The notes: generated by a model not told the origin, from the letters alone. A stretch of 64,000 bases of DNA from Patescibacteria group bacterium (GCA_041662625.1 JBAZSB010000001.1:535189-599188), one strand, 5' to 3'. Shown: positions 10,953 to 19,028, numbered from the stretch's first letter. A program made the numbers and translations.

Positions 10953-11129
10953 ATGCCAACTTGTGACATCTGCAGCCGCGAACCACTGAAGGCCAACTGG
11001 AAGAGTCATTCCAACATCAAAACGATTCGCCGGCAGAAACTGAATCTACAAACCAAAAAAATTGGCGGCAAAAGAATGACGATTTGCACCAGCTGCCTGA
11101 GAACTTTAAGTAAACAAAAAACTAAGTAG
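10953..11129 (+). CDS. rpmB: 50S ribosomal protein L28 (58 aa, below ORF-track threshold)
   Basis: Translation MPTCDICSREPLKANWKSHSNIKTIRRQKLNLQTKKIGGKRMTICTSCLRTLSKQKTK. The CxxC...SHSN.KT.RR...NLQ pattern is the L28 signature. Confidence 0.75.
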   Translation: MPTCDICSREPLKANWKSHSNIKTIRRQKLNLQTKKIGGKRMTICTSCLRTLSKQKTK

Positions 11130-11176
11130 TCTAAGCTAATAACTTAGTGGTTTTAACTACTTAGTTTTTTTGTTAC

Positions 11177-11680
11177 CTAAATATTTTTAAATACTATTTG
11201 ATTACCACAAAAATCCAGGAATTTTTTTAGGTCTTCGGTTTTAATAACTAAAGTAGCCGTATTGTCATTGGGATGAAAACCGATTTCTTCAGATCCAAAA
11301 AAATCCTGATCAACAATGACCGTGATGTTTTTTTCTTCATTATTAATCAAGCCAAAAACTGAAACTGATCCAGGGGTTAAACCTAAATACTTTTTTAAAT
11401 CTTCAGGTGAGGCAAAGCTTAATTTATCTTCGCCTAATTCTTTTGTCAACTGATTGAGATTAACTCTTTTGTCTGCCAAGACCGTAACGAGATAATAGGC
11501 AGTTTTTTTCTTGTTTCTCAAAAATAAATTTTTAGAGTGAGCACCGGGAATATCCAAATGTAAACTTTCTGATTCTTCAACCGTAAAAACTGCTGGGTGG
11601 TTGTATTTATGATACTTAATATTCAGCTGATCTAAAATTAGATAGATATCTTTCATAAAGATGTTTTGGCAGGCACGCAT
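11177..11680 (-). CDS. YbaK/ProX-family aminoacyl-tRNA deacylase
   Basis: DIPGAHSKNLFL...LGLTPGSVSVFGL matches the YbaK/ProX editing-domain family. The true start is probably an internal Met (MKDIYLIL). Confidence 0.7.
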   Translation of the reverse strand: MRACQNIFMKDIYLILDQLNIKYHKYNHPAVFTVEESESLHLDIPGAHSKNLFLRNKKKTAYYLVTVLADKRVNLNQLTKELGEDKLSFASPEDLKKYLGLTPGSVSVFGLINNEEKNITVIVDQDFFGSEEIGFHPNDNTATLVIKTEDLKKFLDFCGNQIVFKNI

Positions 11681-11708
11681 CTAGAAAATTTGGTCGGGCC
11701 GGCGGGAC

Positions 11709-11819
11709 CCCGCACCAAACTTGCGAATTAGTTTATTTTAATCAGTGACTTATTGGCGCAGACACCGCCTTCGGCTGGACAATTTAAAATTAAAAAAAAA
11801 TATCAGTTTGGTGCGGGGC
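11709..11819. repeat. MITE-like long hairpin element E2 (14-bp clamp CCCCGCACCAAACT / AGTTTGGTGCGGGG)
   Basis: Perfect 14-bp inverted termini. An internal GCCUUCGGC hairpin. Shares loop words with E1. Confidence 0.45.
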
Positions 11820-11848
11820 AAGCTTGAACCCTATTTATAGTGTGTTGA

Positions 11849-11924
11849 GTCGGGCTGGGGAGACTCGAACTCCCGGCCTCATGCACCCCATGCATGCGCG
11901 CTACCAACTACGCCACAGCCCGAC
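11849..11924 (-). tRNA. tRNA-Pro (anticodon GGG)
   Basis: Minus-strand read GTCGGGC TG..GTAGTTGGTAGCGC..CATGC ATGGGGT GCATG AGGCC GGGAG TTCGAGT CTCCC CAGCCCGAC. It has a 7-bp acceptor, a T-arm with GTTCGAG, and a 7-nt anticodon loop with U33 and G37. CCA is not encoded. Flanking sequence extends the acceptor pairing. Confidence 0.85.
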
Positions 11925-11953
11925 TCAACACACTAGCTTATTATGCACCTTTA

Positions 11954-12062
11954 CCCCGCCTCAAGCCTCAAGTAAAAATTTATCTTTGACAGAAGTGAGC
12001 CGAAGGCGATTCCGAGGGCGAAGGTTCAATTTTTAAAAATATTCATTCGGGCTTGAGGCGGG
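11954..12062. repeat. Long hairpin element E3 (14-bp clamp CCCCGCCTCAAGCC / GGCTTGAGGCGGGG)
   Basis: Perfect 14-bp inverted termini. An internal GCCGAAGGC hairpin, the reverse complement of the E2 internal motif. Confidence 0.4.
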
Positions 12063-12121
12063 GCCATGCATGCGCTCAAGCCAACTTCGCTACGGCCCGA
12101 TGTTATTCATCATATACACAA

Positions 12122-12155
12122 AAAAACAAACCTGCAAGCTAGGGTTTGTTTTCCA
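12122..12155. terminator. Bidirectional intrinsic terminator-like hairpin (AAACAAACC-loop-GGTTTGTTT)
   Basis: 9-bp stem, T-rich on the plus side and a 7-T run on the minus side. Confidence 0.45.
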
Positions 12156-12417
12156 ACTTCAGAACTTCACTTCTAATTGGCCAAAGATTTTGGCTGAATG
12201 AAAGCCGGCCGTGTCAGACAATCAAACTTTTAAAGCATGGTTAGACACCTTAACGTGAGATTGTCTGCATTTGACCTTGGGGCTCGCAGGCTCCCGACCG
12301 TAGTCAGTACCGATTTAGAATCCCTACTCTCAAAGGTTGTCCCAAAACTTATGCCAACTGAGGGAAGTGAAGTTCACCTTTATTTTAGCACCCCCAAAAA
12401 GCGCTGTCAAAATTTTG

Positions 12418-12456
12418 TAAAAAAAGAGGGCCGAACAAGTCAGAAACTTGTGGCCC
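12418..12456 (-). terminator. Intrinsic terminator after DAHP synthase (GGGCCACAAG..CUUGUUCGGCCC + U-run)
   Basis: GC-rich hairpin followed by UCUUUUUUU on the minus strand, 30 nt past the stop. Confidence 0.55.
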
Positions 12457-12484
12457 CAAAAGAAACCCTCCCGCTTTGCAGAAC

Positions 12485-13519
12485 TTAGATGGTCCGGCCA
12501 ATAGCGATAGCCACGGCACGGACCTTGATCATTAGTTCAGCAAACTGCTGCGGATATAGCGACTGAGCGCCATCGCAAAGAGCTGAATCTGGATCAGGAT
12601 GAACTTCAATTAGTAATCCATCTGCGCCGACTGCTACTGCTCCCAAAGCGATGTCGGGTACAAGCTCGCGCTTGCCAGAAGGATGTGATGGGTCAAAGAT
12701 AACGGGGTGATGAGTCAACTTTTTGACGACCGGAATCGCGTCGAGATCGGCGTTGAAACGGGTGTAACCGTTATCAATGCCCCGGACACCACGAGCACAT
12801 AGGATTACTCGCGGGTTGCCAGAAGCAACGATGTACTCAGCGGCTAGTAGCCACTCATTAATGGTTGCAGCCATTCCCCGCTTCAGGATCACTGGCTTAT
12901 TGGTTCGACCAACAGCTTCCAACAAGGGGTAGTTTCCCATGTTGGCTGTACCAATCTGCAAGACATCAGCATATTGGGCGACCAACTCCACTAGCTCCGG
13001 CGAAATCACCTCCGTAACCGTGGCTAACCCCACTTGCCGTTTAGCCTGCTGTAATAGCCGCAGGCCTTCTTCGCCTAGACCTTGAAAGGCGAAAATTGAC
13101 TTACGTGGTTTGTAAGCACCTCCACGCAGCAGTCGAGCGCCGGCGGCCTTAACCGCTTCAGCACAACTAATCAGCTGCTGTTCGGATTCAACAGCACACG
13201 GTCCGGCTATCACCACCAGTGGCTCTGCACTGCCGATAGACACTCCGTTGAGGCGAACAGCGAAATCCTCTGGATGGGCCTGGCGAGCAGTCAAACGAAA
13301 CTGGGTAGTGGCAATCACCACATCAATGACGAAAGGCAGGCCACGGAAGAATTCCTGGAGCGCCAACTTGCGCTCATAATCCACCGCTCCGATGCAGTTA
13401 ATAACGATGATCTCTTTACCGCACGAGACCAACGTCTGCTCGAAACCGGCTTGTCTCGCCTCACTTTGGATTTTCCCGATCTGTTCTTTCGAACAGTCAC
13501 CTTTGATCTGAACAAACAT
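12485..13519 (-). CDS. 3-deoxy-7-phosphoheptulonate (DAHP) synthase, type Ibeta with N-terminal ACT/ferredoxin-like regulatory domain
   Basis: VVIAGPCAVESEQQ and LLRGGAYKPRKS are the KDO8PS-like DAHPS core. The start is taken as ATG 13519 (MFVQIKGD), which is preceded by GGAGG. GC-rich cassette. Confidence 0.8.
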   Translation of the reverse strand: MFVQIKGDCSKEQIGKIQSEARQAGFEQTLVSCGKEIIVINCIGAVDYERKLALQEFFRGLPFVIDVVIATTQFRLTARQAHPEDFAVRLNGVSIGSAEPLVVIAGPCAVESEQQLISCAEAVKAAGARLLRGGAYKPRKSIFAFQGLGEEGLRLLQQAKRQVGLATVTEVISPELVELVAQYADVLQIGTANMGNYPLLEAVGRTNKPVILKRGMAATINEWLLAAEYIVASGNPRVILCARGVRGIDNGYTRFNADLDAIPVVKKLTHHPVIFDPSHPSGKRELVPDIALGAVAVGADGLLIEVHPDPDSALCDGAQSLYPQQFAELMIKVRAVAIAIGRTI

Positions 13520-14360
13520 GATTGACCTCCTCTGCTTTAGGGTAAGAACCAACCACTACGACATCACTCACGAACCGTTCTTTGAGCTGCATAACCGCAG
13601 CGGCAAAGACCGGGTCACTCTCATGGCCATCAACATCAATCCAAAAGTAGCATTCTCCTAACGCCCGCTTGGTTGTATAGGAAGTAATGCGACTCAAGTT
13701 GAGGCCCTGATAGTAGAACACACCAAGAGCATGATACAGCGCCCCCGGTTCGTTCCTCGTAGAGAAGAAGAGAGTGGTCTTACTTTTACCATTGGCTGTT
13801 GTCCTGGGTCCTCCCAAGACAATAAAACGTGTCACGTTGTGTTGTGAATCGCCGATGTCAGCAGCCAGCACCTTAAGGCCAAATTGCTCAGCAGCCTGCT
13901 CGGAACTAATCGCCGCAACCATAGCCGATTCAGCCTGCGAGACCAACTCAGCAGCAAGCGCAGTGCTAGCCACTGGTGACTGTTTCCAACCACGGCCTCG
14001 CAAAAACTCCGAGCACTGAGCTAACCCCTGCGGATGCGACAAGACTTCGGTTACTGCCGACAATTCCGTTTGGGGTTTTGCTAAAAGCATCTGGCGAATT
14101 GGAATCAGTACTTCTTGGGTAATCCGCAGACCAGGCGTTGTCCAAACCCTGGCCATGAGAAAGTCGATGGTATCACGAACAACATCGCCCAAGACATTTT
14201 CCAACGGAACAATCGCCCGATCAATGCGGCCTTGAGTAAAGGCTTCGAGCAAATCAGGAATTGAATCAAACCCAACCAGCTCAAATTGGCCACGACCCCA
14301 GACGATTGCCGCTTGAGCGGAAAACGTTCCTAGCGGTCCTAGGTATCCTAACTTCAACAT
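13497..14360 (-). CDS. pheA: Prephenate dehydratase (PDT + ACT domains)
   Basis: LKLGYLGPLGTFS...TRF...TTKRALGECYFWIDVDGH is the PDT catalytic region plus a C-terminal ACT domain. The start is taken at the Met preceded by GGAAAGGAGA. Confidence 0.85.
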   Translation of the reverse strand: MLKLGYLGPLGTFSAQAAIVWGRGQFELVGFDSIPDLLEAFTQGRIDRAIVPLENVLGDVVRDTIDFLMARVWTTPGLRITQEVLIPIRQMLLAKPQTELSAVTEVLSHPQGLAQCSEFLRGRGWKQSPVASTALAAELVSQAESAMVAAISSEQAAEQFGLKVLAADIGDSQHNVTRFIVLGGPRTTANGKSKTTLFFSTRNEPGALYHALGVFYYQGLNLSRITSYTTKRALGECYFWIDVDGHESDPVFAAAVMQLKERFVSDVVVVGSYPKAEEVNHVCSDQR

Positions 14361-14388
14361 ACCCTGATGTCTCCTTTCCTCACTAGGG

Positions 14389-14847
14389 TTAATTGCCAAG
14401 ACCAGCTACCCGACCCAATACAAGCTCCAACAATCCCCGCCAACGACTGGGTTGTGACTCAATCTGGCGATCTGGTCTTCCATCTGGGAAAGTTGCTGCT
14501 GACGACGTCTGGCTTAAGCTAACGTTTGTCGCCTGAGGGCGGCTCTTCATGTCCGCAGCCAATCTCTCATAGATGTCACCGTAGACATCTTTCCACTTTG
14601 CATCAGCCGGTACCAGACCGCGCTCTTCGGCCAAAACCAGGATGGTTGGTTTGCTCAGATCACCCAGACAAATCAAGCCATTGGCCGCATCGTTGCCATC
14701 GCAACTATGGCACTGGTAGTACCGTGAAAGCTGAGCGATCAGATCATCCCGCGACCCGAAATCCAAACCGCAAGATCCGGCTTCAGCCTGCAGTGCCGCC
14801 GAGCTGAGCTGATTAAATCTCACTTGAACGCTCCATATACTCATATC
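14389..14847 (-). CDS. Hypothetical protein (152 aa), first gene of the Phe-attenuated operon
   Basis: GC-rich ORF with a strong SD (AAGGAAGGAGAG) before ATG 14847. No recognisable motif, and it is not an AroQ or AroH chorismate mutase. Confidence 0.5.
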   Translation of the reverse strand, partial: DMSIWSVQVRFNQLSSAALQAEAGSCGLDFGSRDDLIAQLSRYYQCHSCDGNDAANGLICLGDLSKPTILVLAEERGLVPADAKWKDVYGDIYERLAADMKSRPQATNVSLSQTSSAATFPDGRPDRQIESQPSRWRGLLELVLGRVAGLGN

Positions 14848-14976
14848 TTCTCTCCTTCCTTTCACTGAAGATTTCAAGTCCAATTTTCAAAGGGCGATTC
14901 TGGTTGCCCTCTCCAAACCAATCAGGCCTACTGCCTAATTGCTAACCCCTAGCTACCAAGAGTTAAAAATCAGGCA

Positions 14977-15013
14977 ATAAACAAAAAAACTGACCATTCA
15001 GTAGTAGATCAGT
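14977..15013 (-). terminator. Attenuator terminator of the Phe leader (ACUGAUC-loop-GGUCAGU + U7)
   Basis: Minus-strand hairpin followed by UUUUUUUGUUUAUUG. The leader segment ACUGACC at 15075-15081 can pair with the terminator 3' arm as an antiterminator. Confidence 0.55.
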
Positions 15014-15069
15014 TAGCTTTCCGTTTTTATTGATTTTGGCCTATTTTAAGCAAAATACAAGCTACCTGA

Positions 15070-15129
15070 CTACCGGTCAGTATAAAAGAAAAAGCTGAAA
15101 AACCATTTTACGGCTTGTGTCTTTTGCAT
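15070..15129 (-). CDS. Phe-rich leader peptide MQKTQAVKWFFSFFFYTDR (19 aa)
   Basis: The ATG lies ~5-9 nt after the predicted TSS, so the transcript is near-leaderless. There are 5 Phe, 1 Trp and 1 Tyr in a 9-codon run. It sits directly upstream of the terminator and the pheA-DAHPS operon. Confidence 0.6.
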   Translation of the reverse strand: MQKTQAVKWFFSFFFYTDR

Positions 15130-15140
15130 AGGATATTTGT

Positions 15141-15169
15141 AGCTTATCTTACTGTTTGAATATTGTCAA
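15141..15169 (-). promoter_or_regulatory. Sigma70-like promoter for the Phe leader (TTGACA-17-TAAGCT)
   Basis: -35 TTGACA, a 17-nt spacer and -10 TAAGCT on the minus strand. Confidence 0.45.
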
Positions 15170-15343
15170 GAAAACTGTGGGAATATTCCGCTAACAAGCA
15201 TCATGGCTTATTTATCCTAATTTGACTAAATCAATCTTCATCTCGCCCGCCGTAGCAGACTTAATTTTCAATATTCATATATCTTTAAAAACTTTCACTC
15301 ACCCTTCCTTGATGCCGACTATGGGACCTGTCGCGAAGGCGGG

Positions 15344-15967
15344 TCAAGAAAATTTCCGGGAGAGCCGAATATGCCGCCAAATGTATAAAGCAATTGCTAA
15401 AATAACCAAAATTAAAATTGCCAGATCAAAATTATGGAGTTTTTGCCGAATTAACTCCCAATTATCCCCCATTTTCACTCCTAACCAGGCAAAAAGAACG
15501 CACCAGGGGAAAGCCCCGATGAACGTGTAAAAAGAAAACTTTTTTAAATCCATTTTAGCAATCCCAGCGGGAAAAGAAATATAAGTCCGAACAACCGGCA
15601 GGAGCCGGCCAAAAAAAACCGTCAATTGACCATAATGGGAAAACCAATAGTCAGCCAAATCCAAATCGTGTTTGGAAATTAACAGGTACTTGCCATACTT
15701 TTCAATCAGCGGCCGACCGCCTTTAAAACCAATGAGGTAAGCTAAAAGTGACCCAACTAAATTACCAATTGTCCCAACTAAAACTACTGCCCAAAAATTT
15801 AATTTACCCGCCGCAACTAAAAATCCGGAAAACGGCATAATCACTTCGGAAGGCATCGGAATGCCACAACTTTCAACCAGCATTAAAAAAAAGATGCCGG
15901 GGTAGCCGATCAAATTAATTGTGGCCGTAACGATGCTAGCTAAAATGTCGATAATGGTTGTAACCAT
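15344..15967 (-). CDS. DedA/TVP38 family membrane protein
   Basis: VAAGKLNFWAVVLVGTIGNLVGSLLAYLIGFKGGRPLIEKYGK matches the DedA family. AT-rich composition like the host. Confidence 0.75.
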   Translation of the reverse strand: MVTTIIDILASIVTATINLIGYPGIFFLMLVESCGIPMPSEVIMPFSGFLVAAGKLNFWAVVLVGTIGNLVGSLLAYLIGFKGGRPLIEKYGKYLLISKHDLDLADYWFSHYGQLTVFFGRLLPVVRTYISFPAGIAKMDLKKFSFYTFIGAFPWCVLFAWLGVKMGDNWELIRQKLHNFDLAILILVILAIALYIWRHIRLSRKFS

Positions 15968-15968
15968 A

Positions 15969-16742
15969 TTACACTTCTATTTTAGAAAAAAGATAACTGC
16001 CAAGAGCTAATAGCCCTAGGGTAATTAAACTCAAAACAATAAAATCAGTCAGTAAACCCAGATGGGCCCCTTGAATTAAAGCCCCACGTAAACCGTCCAC
16101 GCCATAAACCAAAGGATTAATTTTGGTGGCAGTCACAATTGGTGCAGGAAAACTTTCCAAAGGAAATAAAGCCCCGGAAAGAAAAAAGATTGGCATGATT
16201 AAAAAATTCATAATGATGGGAAAAGCTTGCATATCCTGCAGCATTGTCGCAATGGCTGTACCAAAAGCCGTAAAGACTAAAGCGATTAAAATCATAAAAA
16301 CTAAAGCCAGTGGCAAAAGCAGCCAATCAGTCGGCCGAAAACCCACCACTAAAGTCATCAAAAAAACAATAATGCCCTGAAGGGTGGCAACGGTTGCCCC
16401 ACCCATTGTTCGGCCAATCATAATTTGAAAACGCGAAGCTGGTGCCACCAAAGTTTCTTTTAAAAAGCCAAACTGCCGGTCCCAAATGATTTCAATTCCG
16501 GTAAAAATCGCCGTAAAAATGATGGCCATGGCAATTACACCAGGACCAAGAAATTGCAAATAGCTGCCTTCCCCGGCCTTTTGGTAAATCGGCCCAAAAC
16601 CAAAACCCAAAGCCAATAAAAACAAAAGTGGCTGGCCAAGCGAACCAATCATTCTGGCTTTTGATCTTAAATATCTTTTAATTTGTCTCAACCACAAAAT
16701 ATAAATAACTTTCATATTTTTATTTGCTTTTACCGGCCCCAA
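15969..16742 (-). CDS. ABC-2 type transporter permease
   Basis: Six-TM permease adjacent to the ABC ATPase. Their ORFs overlap. Confidence 0.7.
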   Translation of the reverse strand: MGPVKANKNMKVIYILWLRQIKRYLRSKARMIGSLGQPLLFLLALGFGFGPIYQKAGEGSYLQFLGPGVIAMAIIFTAIFTGIEIIWDRQFGFLKETLVAPASRFQIMIGRTMGGATVATLQGIIVFLMTLVVGFRPTDWLLLPLALVFMILIALVFTAFGTAIATMLQDMQAFPIIMNFLIMPIFFLSGALFPLESFPAPIVTATKINPLVYGVDGLRGALIQGAHLGLLTDFIVLSLITLGLLALGSYLFSKIEV

Positions 16743-17515
16743 GCCTTACGATAACTACGTAACTGATCAAGACCGGAAGCACTCTCGTCTCGAATAATCC
16801 GACCCGTTAAAACTAAAAAAGCGTCTTCCAAAGATTCTTTATTAGTTCTTTGTTTTAATTCATTTGGACTGCCTAAAGCAATAATTTTTCCGTGATCGAT
16901 AATTGCCACTTTTTTTGCGGCCCGGTCGGCTTCTTCCATGTAGTGAGTGGTAAAAAATACCGTCATCCCCTCTTTTTGGTTCAAATCTTTAATATAATTC
17001 CAAATATGATTTCGCGTCTGCGGATCCAAACCCAAAGTTGGCTCGTCTAAAAATAAAATTTGCGGATGATGAATCAAGCCCCGGGCAATTTCCAGCCGCC
17101 GCTTCATCCCACCGGAAAATTTCTTGACCAGTTCATCTTTGCGGTCCCAAAGCTCGACAAATTTCAGCATTTCTTCAATCCGCTGCCGGCGAATCTTTTT
17201 AGCCACGCCGTATAAGACCCCGTGAAATTCCATATTCTCCCAAGTGGTTAACTCATCATCTAAACTGGGATCCTGAAAAACAATACCAAAAGAATGGCGC
17301 ACTGCATCCTGGTCAGTTGAAGGATTATGGCCGTTAACCAAAATTTTTCCGCTGGTTGGCAAAAGCAAAGTGGTCAGCATTTTAATTGTTGTGGTTTTGC
17401 CCGCACCGTTAGGTCCCAAAAAAGCAAAAATATCTCCTTTAGCGACACTAAATGAGATATTATCAACTGCCGTAAAATCACCAAATTTTTTAGTTAAACT
17501 ATCTACCTTAATCAT
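16730..17515 (-). CDS. ABC transporter ATP-binding protein
   Basis: Walker A GPNGAGKTTT, signature LSGGMKRRLEIA and Walker B LFLDEPTLGLD. Confidence 0.9.
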   Translation of the reverse strand: MIKVDSLTKKFGDFTAVDNISFSVAKGDIFAFLGPNGAGKTTTIKMLTTLLLPTSGKILVNGHNPSTDQDAVRHSFGIVFQDPSLDDELTTWENMEFHGVLYGVAKKIRRQRIEEMLKFVELWDRKDELVKKFSGGMKRRLEIARGLIHHPQILFLDEPTLGLDPQTRNHIWNYIKDLNQKEGMTVFFTTHYMEEADRAAKKVAIIDHGKIIALGSPNELKQRTNKESLEDAFLVLTGRIIRDESASGLDQLRSYRKAWGR

Positions 17516-17627
17516 AAAAAATTAAATCACTCATACATTATAAACTCTTTTAGCCCCAAAGAAAAGGCCCCAAGTCAACGCGGACCTGGGGCAAAAAAGG
17601 ACAAACTAGCGTAAGCTAGAAATTTTC

Positions 17628-17781
17628 TGGTCGGGGTGGCAGGATTTGAACCTGCGTCATCGCTTATGCGACTGCTCTTCCTCCTTACGGAGCCTTATCC
17701 TCTATTCCCCAAGCTTATTTGATGATCGGGACCATCTTAGCCAGAGTGGGTACTAATTGGCATCGGCTGAGCTACACCCCG
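17628..17781 (-). ncRNA. tRNA-like RNA element (154 nt): canonical acceptor stem, T-arm and encoded CCA, but no D or anticodon arms
   Basis: The 5' end CGGGGUGUAGCUCAGCC pairs perfectly with the 3' end GCAGGUUCAAAUCCUGC CACCCCG A CCA. The middle is ~95 nt of structured insert (CUCC-GUAA-GGAG and GUCGC-AUAA-GCGAU tetraloop hairpins). Terminator hairpins plus U-runs follow on the minus strand. Confidence 0.45.
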
Positions 17782-17984
17782 TAAATAACATTTAACCAAC
17801 AACAGTTAACAATTAACTGATAAAATAAAAGAGCCCAGGAAGTTGGGCTGTTAAATGTTAACTGTCAATTGTTTTTAGCTAATGATAAACCCAACTTCCC
17901 TAAGGCAAGGTTGGGGGGACGGGCTGAGTTGAACTGAAACGTTTAATCATAGAATTATCTTACTACTACTTAAAAATTTTGTCA

Positions 17985-18020
17985 AAGAAAAAGGACCGGG
18001 TCGCACAAACACGGTCCTAC
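17985..18020 (-). terminator. Intrinsic terminator after the 167-aa gene (AGGACCG..CGGTCCT + U-run)
   Basis: 7-bp GC stem followed by UUUUUCUUUG on the minus strand. Confidence 0.5.
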
Positions 18021-18057
18021 AAGACAATCGACTGGGTGATTAAGATGTTACGACATC

Positions 18058-18561
18058 CTAGATGGTAACATTAAGCAGGTTTGTCTTACTTCTCCCACTC
18101 ATATCGATTACGCCGGTGGGTGGAATTACTCCTTTCACCAGCGATAGCTGGGAATCCCCGTGGCGGGGAGATACCACAACCGACAACAGAATGGGTTGTC
18201 CACCTACAATGAACGATACTTCGGGAATTACGAAGCATTGATCTGCGGTGACCAAATCTCTGAGTTGCCGGCTGCCGGCTTCACTGGCTGCTTGCGCCTG
18301 CTGGGCGGAAATCACCCTAAAGTAAATCAATGCTGCGCCAACCCGCGGGTTGACCCAAACGCAATGCTCGCCAGCATTGCCGTTGCAGTCGGCCAAGGCT
18401 CGGCAAATCCAGGCCATAGCAGCATCCACATCGGTCCGGTTAATGATTTCCGGACTGCAGGCAGTACTGATCTTAGCCTGATCATAACCTTGACCTGTCA
18501 GATGCCGGTCAAAAAACCAAACATCTCGTCCGTTTCCTTCGACTTTCAGTTGTACTGGCAT
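18058..18561 (-). CDS. Hypothetical protein (167 aa), under the Leu-rich leader
   Basis: GC-rich ORF with a very strong SD (GGAAGGAGG) 7 nt before ATG 18561. No recognisable motif. Confidence 0.55.
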   Translation of the reverse strand: MPVQLKVEGNGRDVWFFDRHLTGQGYDQAKISTACSPEIINRTDVDAAMAWICRALADCNGNAGEHCVWVNPRVGAALIYFRVISAQQAQAASEAGSRQLRDLVTADQCFVIPEVSFIVGGQPILLSVVVSPRHGDSQLSLVKGVIPPTGVIDMSGRSKTNLLNVTI

Positions 18562-18576
18562 TTCCAGGCCTCCTTC

Positions 18577-18753
18577 CTATTTCACCCGACCTAATTCCTT
18601 GCAGACCGGACACACTTTTGCCCCCTTGGGCATCCAGTGGTAATACTGGCAGGCTTCTGGGGCGTTAACCAACTCAATGTACAGCCAACGTCCGCCTACA
18701 ATGTAAGTGGCAACTATTGCCCCTACAATCCAGTGCCAAAGTGGTGGAAACAT
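18577..18753 (-). CDS. Small membrane protein (58 aa) MFPPLWHWIVGAIVATYIVGG...CPVCKEL, below ORF-track threshold
   Basis: One TM helix plus a C-terminal CxxC. An RBS-like GAAAGGGA precedes it. It lies between the Leu attenuator and the 167-aa gene. Confidence 0.4.
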   Translation of the reverse strand: MFPPLWHWIVGAIVATYIVGGRWLYIELVNAPEACQYYHWMPKGAKVCPVCKELGRVK

Positions 18754-18880
18754 ATTGCTATCCCTTTCTTGGTTGTCAATACTATTCTTCAGCTATAATG
18801 AGCAAACCTCCGCTCACCCCCACACCTATTTCACTAAAAAATTTTAGTAAACAGATAATGGCTTTAAAATAGGTGTAGGG

Positions 18881-18975
18881 GTAAACAAAACAACCTTCCG
18901 GGTGGAAGGCTGACTGGTATTTATCTAGCTACGATTTTTAGCTAAACACTAGTAAATCTTCCACCCAAAGGCTGG
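18881..18975 (-). terminator. Attenuator terminator of the Leu leader (conserved GGGUGGAAG / CUUCCACCC arms + UUGUUUUGUUU)
   Basis: Arms are ccttccgggtggaagg at 18893-18908 and cttccacccaaaggctgg at 18958-18975. Both arms are near-identical to those of the Ile attenuator at 22046-22141. Confidence 0.6.
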
Positions 18976-19028
18976 CTTAACAACAAGGCTAACAACAGTA
19001 AGCTAGATTGTTTGGCGAAAGATTTCAT
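18942..19028 (-). CDS. Leu-rich leader peptide MKSFAKQSSLLLLALLLSQPLGGRFTSV (28 aa)
   Basis: 7 Leu in a 9-codon run. The ORF starts ~5 nt after the predicted TSS. The stop codon lies inside the terminator loop. Confidence 0.6.
   Translation of the reverse strand: MKSFAKQSSLLLLALLLSQPLGGRFTSV

Noticed and set aside
11824-12036. 70-aa plus-strand ORF over the tRNA-Pro region
   Set aside because: It overlaps the tRNA gene and its palindromic flanks, and its proline-rich, arginine-rich translation is typical of a GC-rich non-coding frame.
12160-12420. RNase P RNA / SRP RNA in the GC-rich non-coding stretch
   Set aside because: There is no GGAAAGUCCGGGCUCC-type P4 sequence, no ACAGAA.CCGGCUUA 3' motif, and no SRP domain IV GGAA-tetraloop motif.
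14883-14883. ORF-track starts for the 164-aa gene, pheA (14399) and the LeuA-like gene (22014)
   Set aside because: These positions correspond to TTG or unsupported upstream codons. Strong SDs precede internal ATGs at 14847, 14360 and 21945, which I used instead.
17628-17781. tmRNA (ssrA) interpretation of the CCA-ended tRNA-like element
   Set aside because: At 154 nt it is too short. There is no GGAUUCGAC-type D-analog. There is no plausible resume codon or tag reading frame ending in a stop. No alternative 5' partner for the acceptor stem exists further upstream.
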